Positions 1-12,000 of a stretch of 64,000 bases of DNA are shown in pieces; within the stretch, counting starts at the first letter, position 1; each line of letters starts with the position of its first letter. The stretch lies in NCBI GenBank assembly GCA_021613535.1, contig CP075496.1:13020001-13084000 (forward strand), given 5' to 3'. The DNA comes from Adineta vaga (Eukaryota > Animalia > Rotifera). The notes under the pieces were generated by a model that saw only the letters and a list, made by a program, of their open reading frames with translations, did not search any database and was not told the origin of the DNA. Made by a program: the position numbers and the translations under genes.

Positions 1-3000
1 TATTATTATTTCATCATCCGGTGGCGCATCAAGTGTCACAAAACGAATGGGATATTTTAATTGACCACCACTTCCAAGTGTTAAAACAAGTACACAATCC
101 ATTCTTTAGAAGAAAAAAAGATCAACTTAATTATCGAAATCAAGAGAAAAAAAACCTCTCGTTATTTACGTTAATAATTTAGTTGGTGTATAAACAATGT
201 TAAATCGAATGATATTTGTTTTATCATTATCATGTTTAAGAAGTTGAATACCAACTGAATTTTGAATGAATGTCTGATTAGCATTGTTCTCATTAACAAT
301 CGCATAATCTTCGATAGATTTTGCATTTTTCTTCACTAAAAATCATCGAAAAGAAAACTTTCTCTTGTCCAAAAATCATATTCATTTGAATTATTTACTA
401 TTATTTAAATATCGTTCATCAAAACGAAATAGATCTTGATTTAATTCAAATTCAATTTGTTCTTCAATACGTTCACCAGAAATACATTCAAGAATTTTCA
501 ATTGATTATTATTCTCTCCTCGTTGAGATATCCAACTGAATGCAATACCTTGTAATGGATATGTCCATGAAAGTTCTGAAGCATCAGCACTTTAAATAAG
601 AATGAAAAAAAACGTCCAAATTAGAAAGTTTTCTCAAGAAAATATGACATGAATTTTACTTGTCAGGTGACCATGTTTTGCCGGGTGATAATCGTCCAAT
701 AATACGTAGTTGCGCTTCGTGTCGTGCTAAGATTTCTGGACAGAAAGCAATTGGAATTGCAAATCGTTCTCGTGGTCCCAATGTAATATTATCAAGTTTA
801 TCAAGTACCACACGAAATGAATTACTTGTTCCTATAAGAATAATTTCATTCTAACGAATCAATCAACAAAGATTTTATCTCACCAGAGGAAAGTGATAAA
901 TCACATCGAATTGTATGATTTGATGGATTTTGAAAACCAATATTCGTTGTTGCACTTACTCCAATTTCGGTTTTGATGATAATAGGTGCTTGAAGTTTTT
1001 GAGGTTTCGTACCTATACCTCGGACGTTATATGTCAATGTTCCAAGCTAAAATGATGACAGAATATTATTCTCAACGAAGAAATCCAAATGGATGAATCA
1101 GGAAGATTTTTAAATTAGCAAAGATAGATAATAAAGCAAGATGGAGCATGATGTTACTTTTTCAATACTCGAAAGAGATTTTTCAATGAATTGAATCTAA
1201 TGTATGTGGATTGAAAATGAATCGATTTTTCTTTTTCGTTTTTTTAACAAACCTTTTCGTTATTAAATGAAATTGTCGATTGATGTGGTTGTTGTTCAGT
1301 ACCACTACCAATTGAAGATGGATTAAAGATAATATTCACTTTTGTTTGACTTTTCCCTGGAATTGTTATTGTATCTTGATCTGTATTCATCGAAAAGTTA
1401 TTATTATTTGATGACATTGTTTGAAATATAATTTGTTCATCTAATGGATTTTCAAGTATTATTTCTTGGGTTGTATGACTTAAAATGAAACAAAAGCATT
1501 CAAACCAATGGAAAATGATCAATTTTTTTTTTAATAATTCTTACCCTCCAAGTGGTGCACTCATCGGTTGTAAATCAACTTTTCTTGGATTAGTACTTGT
1601 TAAACTCAATTCATACCAAAATTCACCAATTTCTTCATTGAAAAATACCAAACTAAACAACAGACATAGAGCTGGACTTTTTTTTTCAAAAGAAATACTA
1701 TTTCAAAAATGTTTTTTCTTTTTCATAGGCTATATAAATAAGAATAACTATCGTATCTAGTATGCTCGGTTAATCATTATCATGGATTGTCTTTCAAAGA
1801 GAAAAAAAATAAACTCATTCTACTGAAAAGAAATGTTCATTCCGCATATCTGAATGAGTAAAATCCATTAATAAATGGCGAATCTTTTCCAAGAATTTTC
1901 TATTCTTATAATGCTTACCCGCCATTCCATTGTCCAACAGTTTTAGGTTTATAAAATAGTTCATAACGAGCTTCACCATTTGCTTCAATTTCAATCGTTT
2001 CATTACCCTGGTAAAAAGAAAACAAAATTTAATCATAGAAATTAGTGACATAAATCTTACGGAAACATCGGGTAATGATTGATAGTCAATGTCCAAACGT
2101 ATTCGATGATCAAGTGGATTTCGTAATGGAATAATCAAAGAATTTGAACCCTAAATGTAACATAACAATATTTTAACAACAACGATTCGTTTCATACTAA
2201 ACAAGGTGCTGATAAATCTACAGTTGCTTGAGGATCAGGTGGTTCAACATTAATATCAACTGTAAACCAAAGTGAATATTGAAAATCTGTCGCTTCATCT
2301 GGTTCCAATGCTGGAATTTCATCACCATCGGAATCCACGTCTCTATTTAAAATAAATCGTTTTTGAAATTCATTTATTCTCTTTAACATACTTAATAGGC
2401 CATGGTCCAGGTTGAAATACAACGACACCTTTATAATTGCCTCGTTTTGGTGAACATATTTCAAAATCATATTTTGCTGTTTTCTTCTGTGGAATACAAA
2501 CATATGGTGGTCCTTGAACAAACGGAAGATTACATGTAACAAAATACGCTGTTCGTTTCGATCGTTTATTTGATATATCAATTGAATGTGTTGTTCTAAA
2601 GATGAAATAAGTCATAAATATATCTGAAAAGATACGAATCTATAACTTACATTTTACCAACTTTACTATTTATTTGTAAATGACCAACCTAATAAAAAAC
2701 AAAGAAAATAAAAGGAATATTGTATTAAAAATTCAGTTTATTTACAGGTGGTCCACGATCAGCTTTTCCACGTAATTTGTATGTTTGCAGAAAACCTAAA
2801 TCTGTATTATCAATAATCATTTGTCCTTGAAATTTATCATCTTCAATCTGCGGATTAAATGTTAATGGATATTGATAAACAGATTTCGCGTCTACACGAA
2901 ATGCTTTTGGTCCAGAAAATGCTTTATTACCCGACAAAGTTACAATCATATTCCATTCATCTTCTGTTGCATTTGCCTAGAATCATTAAAAAAAACTCGA

Positions 3001-6000
3001 CATGAATGTTTCTTTTTCTTTTCTTAAATCATTTCACATACAATAGGAATATGTTGTTGTACCGGTGTAAATACACTTGTTCTCATAAATAATGTAGCTG
3101 GTTGTTTTTCATTTTCACTTTGCGTCATACAATTAACTTCAATTTCAAATTCACGCATATCATCTCCACATGATAAAGTAAGTTTTGTTGAATAAATGCC
3201 TGGTTTATCAGCTTGAAAACGAAATGGTAATTTGACGGTTAATTCTTCTAATGGAAATGCTAAATTGTTTGGAACAAGAAAATTCGTTGTTGTTGATGAT
3301 GATTGAACTTTAAATTCTGGTAAACGTGAAAATGGATGTAAAGATTTCTTTGATGAATCAGGTAATTGTTCAGTTAAACCAAGTAAAGTTTGTTTTTGTC
3401 GTTCACGTTCTGACATACCCTTTAGTGATTTAAGGAATAAAATAAATCAAATAATTATTACATTTCAAAATCTTACCTGCCATCGAACGGCAACTAAAGC
3501 ATTATGTCGTTGATCGTTATTAACAGGAACATCAACATCAAATTGAGATGGTACACCAACAACTGCTCGAAAACGTACTTTTCCTGGTTTAGCTGAAAGA
3601 TCAATAAACAAAAAAAATATGGTTAAGATTGTTCTCAAAATCTTTTAAAGTGTCAAAAGAACGTTGTGTTATTTACCTCCTTTCTTTTGATCAACCTTTA
3701 TCGCCTTTTCACCTGATACAGGAAATAATCTATGACAAAAATAGATTTACCGACGTAATGAATATATAAATATTTGATTGAACATACTCAGGTTTCTTTG
3801 GAATACCTTCGATAAGAAAAAGAAATTCTCCGATTGTTTCATTCATAAAAACAAGTAAAGCTTCTCGACGTTTAGCTGTTGTGGCTATATATTGAACTTC
3901 ATATTGCGTTGTTTCATGAGCTTTTAATTCAATTGAAATTTGTTCAATAAAGAAACAATCATTTTCTTGATTGGATAATTTTTTATTTTTCTTTAAATTA
4001 CGAAATAATTCTTCGACACTTTCTTTCTTATTTCTACGAGAAGAGAATTCCATCAAAAATATTAGTTGAAAGAGTATGACTCACTGTTCAATTGATGTAG
4101 CTAATGGATTTTTCATTTCCTGTGTATTCTCTGATGAATTAACAATAGCTACTTGAAAAACTCCACCTTGATCAAATGGATTAGTTATATCAATAGTTGA
4201 TTTCGTTATTTTATAGATTGGTGCTTCGATTCGATGAATTTTCTAATGAAGAAAAAAAAACACATATATAAAATAGAAAATTCTTCTAGTTTCTATCGAA
4301 ATAAGTAGATTAAACAATCATCAATACAAAGATTACATGTGTTACAACAAATAACAAATCTGCTGAATGTGTGTGTGTTTTTACCTTTGTTGCATAGACA
4401 CACTATAGTAGAAAAGGAAAAAGAAGAAGAAGAAGAATTAGAGAGGAATACAGATCATTTCAATAACATGCATAAAAGAATAAATATCAATATAAATATG
4501 TATATATGGAATATCTTTCGTGCGTGCAATTTCTTACTTTAGCTGTAATTGTTTGTATTGAACCTTGTAAATTGAAAACCATTGGTGCACCTGAATATGC
4601 ATTAATTCGTTTGCTATTTAATAGAAGAACTGCATCCGTTGGTCGAAGTCGTTTATTTTTACATTGAACATTTACTAATAATGCAGCTTTACCAGGTATT
4701 GTTACTGTTGTACCTTTAACAAGTTGAAATTCATCAGCATCACGACCAATTACACTCATGGTATAAACTAATGCTTGGGGACTTGGATTAGTTATTTTGA
4801 CTTGTGATGTTGATGGTTCATGTAGAATACCTGTAAATTGTATTGTACCTCGTGAAAGATAATCAGGTAAATGTTCATATAGATATGAAACAAGTAAACA
4901 CATGCATATAGGATCAGCACGTGTTATATCTAATGCTTGAAGATCGTAGTCAAAACCAAGTTGTAATAAACAAGAAACAAGAATAAGAGCATTTTGTAAA
5001 TATTGTTCACCACTTTTTGGATGAACATACATTCGTTGTAATTGTGATTCAATCTAATAGAATAAAAAAAAAACGAATATTTTTTATCTTGAATTGGATA
5101 CTAAGATTTCTACGTACTAAAAATGGACAATAAGCACCTAGGACAGTACCAAGAACAATACTATCAACAAGATCAATATCAAAATTAACAATCCATCGTC
5201 CAGATGGCATATTTGCTAGAATCAAAAAGAAGAAAATCATTTTCTAAGATTTCTAGTTATCAATCAATTTAGTTTGTATTTTTAACTTCGATATCTTTCT
5301 AATAGTCAGCTGAATCGTACAAAATAAATTAAACTTACATTGTTCTCGATCTGCCCAAACTTGATCACGATAATTTGAATAACAATAATTGAGCCATGTT
5401 AATAAAATACGTTCACTAACCCCGTAAATATTACTTGATACTGGATCTGTATTGATATCAGGCATTGGTTTGTTTCGATCAGGTATACCTAATTGTTCAT
5501 ATGATCTTGGTGTTATACGACCAAGTACGAGACTCTACATAAGTAGAGAAAGAAAATTAGATTAGAAGAAATATTTTATCTAAGAAATTACTTTTAAAAT
5601 TTGCATCAAAACATCAATCCATGTCTTTTTCGAAACTGTTTCAAAGACTTCATTTGATAAATGAATAGGCTGTGTACGTTCCTGTGCAAATTCGCTATCT
5701 TTTTGTTCAGTTGGTACACTTGGTGATAGTGCAGTTTCACGCATTTGTACATAAACTTTATAAAGATCGGGTGGAAGTAAATATTCTGGACGAATAAATG
5801 CTGTACATGATCCTTGTGTTCTATTGAACAAACAAAAACAGGTGATTCGTGTTTTAATAAAAAAGAATCAAGAAAATACTTTAAAAATAATAATAATAAA
5901 CGATGTTGCCAAAGATATTGTTTTGTTGCTTCATCTTTCTTTTTCGGTGGAACAGAATTTTGTGGTATACCAGGTAATGCATGTCCACTCAAATATGTAA

Positions 6001-9000
6001 TCATATCGTAGATTGTTTTTTGTTCTTCTTTTGCCGTTTGTTTTGCTCCAACAGTTTCAAATTGTCGTCGAAATAATCCACTAGAAATAAACAATAAATC
6101 ATAGGTTAAATTCAAATTCAAAAATCTAAATTTACTTTCGAAATGATTGTGGAATTTTAACTGGATTAATATCTTTTGGCCAACCTTGATTTGCATACCA
6201 ACGTTCAAGAGTTGAAATAAGCCATTGAAGAGTTTTAGAATCTGCATCCAATGATGGTACTGAAGTTGCATGCAGTTCATTATGAAAAGCATCAGCATTA
6301 TGATATGTATGCGATAAACCAGAACGAATTCGATCGTAAGGTGTCTAAAATATTGACCAAATGGAAATTTTTCTCTAGGATAATCATATAAATCTCAGAA
6401 GCAGAGTTAGATCGAATCGAAATTGAATGAAAGATTATACTAGGAAGGATTCTATGAAGAATAGATAGAGTATCTGAGACTTAAAATGCATACGTTTTTG
6501 AAAATAAATTTTTCAAATCTAAAATTAGTTGAAACTGAAAGTCTTTCTTTTAATATCAATTAGTCTTGAAATATGTGAAAAAGAATTCTATTTGAAAATA
6601 TCTTTACCGGTGAACGTTCATTTCGATTTTGACCTGGCGTATGTTCATCCATTGATATTCCATCAGATGTATGATCTGTTTGATCAAATGTAGCACTGGT
6701 ACTTGTATTTGGTCGTGAATTTGAGCTTGTCACTGCTCGTTTTTGTACTAATAATGGTTCGCCTAAAACAAATAATTTCTTTTAAAAATCAATTTATTGA
6801 TTTCTATTGTTCATACCACTTGAATGACTTTCATCGGATTTAATTCGACTTCCTTTCATAATTTGACCTGGTTGAACAACAATTTGATAATCATTTTCTG
6901 ATTTCCATAAGAATGAATAACATGTAAAAATCGAATTATCAGCCGTAACAAAAACTTCATATTCAAAACTAAAATATGAAGAAAAAGAATGACATCAAGT
7001 GGAAAAATAAACAAAAGAACGAACCAATTTTTTTCTTCATCAATTATTTTCAAAACGATCTGTTCAGAAAAAGATTGACGACTGGTAAAGACTATTTTCA
7101 TAAGAAAATCTTGCGGTTTATCTGTATTAATTATAGCTGGTTCCATAAATGTTGCACGAAATTGATACGAAGCATCGACTGGTTTTTCATTTGCTAAGAT
7201 AATCAATCGTGTATTTCTAAACAAATGAATAATGGAATCGTTATGAAAGTGATCATTTCATAGAAAACTTACTTTTCAAAACCTTTCGGTCGTATACGAA
7301 CCGTTCCAGTACATTCAATATCTAATGGTACTGGTGGAAGAATTAAACGTTTCGGTTCAAAAATTAAGCTTGGTACTAATAGTTCTCCTGTTAAATCGAT
7401 ATATGTATAAGGTATTTGTTGATTATGATTAACATAGAGTGGTATACGTGTTTTATACGTTCCAGGTTTAATAGGAACAAAATTAATTATAAATGAAAAG
7501 ATTTCTTTTGGATCAATTTCACCTTCAGGTCCAATACTTGATGATGAACTAACAAATGCGGTTAATGATGAATGTAAAACACGAAATATATCATTATCTA
7601 ATGTTACATTATTACGTAAATCAAGTTGCCAATGAATTCGTTTTTTGCTATTATTAATTAATATGATTTCTTTACAATCATAATAAGCATCTTGTTTCAT
7701 CGCATTAAATTGTGTTGGATACATTTGAAAATGTAAATCTTTCGTAGATAATTGAAGACAATCAGATAAGGCTGTTGCATGAATGCGACGTCGTATGGGT
7801 GCATGTGATGGTTGTAAAGATTGTCGTTCAGTGGCACTTAATTCACGTTGAGGATGTGAAGCAGAACGAGGTTTTGAAGCTTGAGATAGACCTTCAACAT
7901 TTACTAACGGTGGACACGTACGAATAGGTAGAAAAAATTCATAGAACGCGATCTTTTATAAATGAAAAAAACAAAAACATCATAAAATCCTCAGTTGTTT
8001 TTCAAAAATAAAGAAACAAACTTCGGATGGAATAAGAACTAATTCGGCTTCAATCGATTCATTCGGTTGAACAGTAATACTATAGATTTGACCATTTTTC
8101 GTACAACATTCCTCATTACCTATTAATAACATTACAATAGAAAGATTAAAGTTGAAATTTAATTCAGTTTTACCAATGGGTGGATGTGTTTCAATCGTGA
8201 AATCTGGATATTTCGAGAGATTTATCTCCACAATACCTTTTACACTACCCTATGAAAACAGAAAGAAAGATTTTTGTAATCAAATGTTCTCTTTTTTTCA
8301 TCATTATTATGTATTAGTAACATGAAATAAAACCATGTGTTATTCTTATTATAAAGGTATATATACTTGTTTATTCTATAGATCAAATATATGATTTCTC
8401 ATGGGATTGAAAGAATATTATATCAACTAAGATAAGCATGTATATCGATGAAAATTCAATCTTTCAGACTATTTGAATTTATATGAATGAATAGAGAAGA
8501 TGATAATTATATAGTTTTTAGTTTTTATTTCTCATTTATATAATGAAAATAAAAGATTTTTTCAATCACCACCATTGACCATCGCACGAAAGACAGCTGC
8601 AGGTGTCACATCCACGAACATCAAGTTGGCTACCACAATGGCATGGAGCAAAGCATAAAGTTGGCATACATAATGGATTTGGAAATTTGATTGGAAATGA
8701 AATGATACGACTTTGTTCTTCAGCTGAAGCAGCAGGCTTGGCAGAAACCAAAAATGTTGCACAAAGAAGAAAAGAAGCAATGATAGCGATGATTTGGGTA
8801 CGCATATTTATTAGAATTTCGTCGAGAAACGAATGATATTTTCAAAATATAACTTCAGTATTTATATGAATTTAAACGAACCAGCTGGCAATTTTCTCAG
8901 ATATCTACACCTCCTCATATGTTATTTGATATTTTGATAGAATAAGTGCAAAAAAACAAGTAACAATCCAAGAATCATTCGATTAGTCTTTCATTTTATA

Positions 9001-12000
9001 GATTCAATCTAATCATAGTAGCAAAAGTAAAAATCAGGCTGCACTAAAGAAGAACTTTTTTTTCTTCTAAATATAACTAAATTCTTGCTATAGGCAACAT
9101 AGTACAAACATGATTTTCTATAAATATTCCCATCATTTCTTATCATTGATCAATGTTGATTGATATATATAAATACATGACGTCATCAAGATTATTTCCT
9201 ACATAAAACAATTCAATATGGACGCTTTTGAGGACAAATATTCTCTTTTTTTCCCCTATCATATCTAACTGATTATCATCTGTTGACATGTTAACTGTTA
9301 ATTTTCTTTTGATCATAAATAAATACACTCGTCGTTTTTCTTAACAACAATTATTATTTACAAACATGCAACCAATACGTATCTTAACTCTCTTCGTTCT
9401 TCTTACTCTTCTTTTAACATCGATTCTATCCGATATGAATATCAATGATCTCGATTTGACCAATGAATATCGTACAATATCAAAACGAGGTATCTTTAAT
9501 CATAAACATCATCATCAAGATCCTATGGTTCAAGGTGGATGTGTTCGATGTAAATTTAGCCTGATGCGTTGCTGTGCTCCCAATATTTGTGTCAAACGAC
9601 GTTTTCGAACGGATAAATGTCTTCGTGTAAAAGGTTAAGAAAGTAAAAAGCGTTTTCTTTTCTTTTCTAAATGAAATTCAATCTGTTTGCTTTGCTTTAT
9701 ACATTGAATTAAATAAAATAAATCGAGCGATTAATTGTATTTTCTTACCTTGTTTTCGATATGAAATTGTTTTGATGCTTTCATTAATATTGGTACACCA
9801 TTAAAATTGAATTCTGTTTCAGGAATTGTGATATCAGGTTCGATAACTTCACCTGTCATGCGAATTTCTTGTTCACGTTGTCCGAGAACTTTCAAACCAA
9901 ATTTAATATCGAATTTGATTAATTCAATTGGTGTTACTTCAATAGTAACACTCGATTGAGAACCAGCTGTGACAAGACCATTAGGTGGACTTATTACAAC
10001 ACCTGGACATGGATTTGGTTCAACAATCTAAAGATTTCTTTTTGAAATTACAAAACAAAACGAAATGAAGATATTTTTACTTCATAAAACAAATGATTGG
10101 AACCTTCATTAACAATTGTAAATGTTTGTTTTGATGTCATATTAATTGGTATTGTACCAAAATTGACTCGTTTTTCTGGAATACGAAATTTTCCTTTGCC
10201 AATTTGTGCAATACATTGAAGTGATAAAGTTGTTTCATTATATCCTTTCACTGATTGATTATATCCTGAAATTTTTCGTGAATCATTCGTTGATGATATA
10301 TGTAATGTAAAGAAATTCTCCAATGGTGCTTGTGTACTACCATACCAAACAACTTCGCAATCAATTGTTTGATAAGGTTCAATAATTCCTTAAAGAAGAA
10401 AAATATTTCTATTGTGATTGGAGTTTTTCTAAGCAAATGAACCTGTCGCTGGACGAATTGAAAATGCCGTTCCTTTCGGTCCAATAACCGGTTCCCAACG
10501 AAATTCTGCAGGGGCATTTAATGGATTATATAAATGCACAACTTTCCGAAATGAATCTTCAGCTAACAGATGTGGTAATGATCGTATGACAAGTTTTTCA
10601 GTTGATAATTTCACAGTTGGTACACGAACATCAGCAATAATTTTAACATAATGTCGATAGAAATTATTAATTACATAGGAAAGCGATCGTTGATAAAGAC
10701 CGATTTGCGATGGTTCAAATGTAATTGGAAATTGAACATGAGATTTACCTGGAATCACTTGACATAATGGTGATGTCATTTTTAGAGCAGCAGAATCGAC
10801 CTAAACATATTGATTTGATTATTATACCTCGATTTGAAAAATTTTACTTCAATTTGAACGACAATAAATTGATCAAGATTATTTAAAACGGATAGAAATT
10901 TTGTAACTGGTGCATTGACACAAACTTCACCGAAATCTAATTCTGCTGGACCTAAATTTCAAGAGAAAACACACACACATAAATTTACTCGATTTATCTT
11001 TGAAAAAGAAAAACTTGAACTTACCAACAACTACTTTGAATAATTGACTTGGTGATAATTGTATAGCACATTCTCTTTTTTCCTTAAAAGTTGTCGGAAC
11101 AGAATTGAGACCTTCTTTAACTGGTTTACTTAATAGTGTTTGTTCTTGTTCAGCTAATTCCGATGTTGTTGGTAAGCGAAATTTCCAATTAGGATACGGC
11201 GGAACTTTAATATAAGAGAAAATGATGAAAAAAACTGCTCACATCCGTGTCCTTCTTCTCTTTCTTCGCATTGCTCTTCATAGAGCATAATCACGCACAT
11301 CTAATTTTACGTTTCTATTTCTGCTTGTCATCTCTTTTTTTTACAAACTGAAAAAATCTTTTAATAACATAATATTCATCAGTTTATGACATTTCTAATA
11401 AGAAAATAAATGAGAGAGAGGAAAAAAAGAAGAAGGGTGTGTAGAGAAAAATAGAAAAATCATCGAAGCTTTCATCATATTAAGTAGAAATGACGTAGTA
11501 CATCTTATAGCTGAATTAAAAACTAGATTATTAGAGTCTGTGTAAGATTTCATAGACTTGATTATTCTCCAATCGTACGGGGGAAGTTCATTCTCGATGT
11601 CTTACCTGTTGATTTATTAACCGTTTTTTCTACTTCTTCGAGAGGAATTCGAGGTGATTCAAGATCATTACCAGGTTTCATTCCAAGATCAGTATTATTA
11701 TCAAATTTTTTTAATGCTCTAAATAATTTTTTGACAAAAAAAAGTAAACTTTTCTTTTATCATTTGCTTCGATTTTACTTTGTGCGTTGGCTTTCGTTTC
11801 GTTGATATCTTTGTTCATGAAATAAGTTATTATAATAATTATTATGTTGCTCAATTTGTTTTCTTTCTTTATCTGTATATGCGTAATCAGGATCAACATA
11901 ATTATATCGTTCTTCACGTGTAAATGGTGTTCTAAAAATAGAAAAAACCAGACAAATAAAATTGATTCAGATGTTCTTTTTTTTGAACATACGTAAAACT

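Noticed and set aside
8562-8836. Overlapping ORFs 8562-8780 (-) and 8603-8836 (+)
   Set aside because: Shadow frames of the antistasin-like gene; no motif support.
11243-11300. Possible alternative first exon of CFAP47 (MCVIMLYEEQCEEREEGHG, in phase with the next exon)
   Set aside because: Would need a 38-nt intron, shorter than others here; no promoter support; probably chance.
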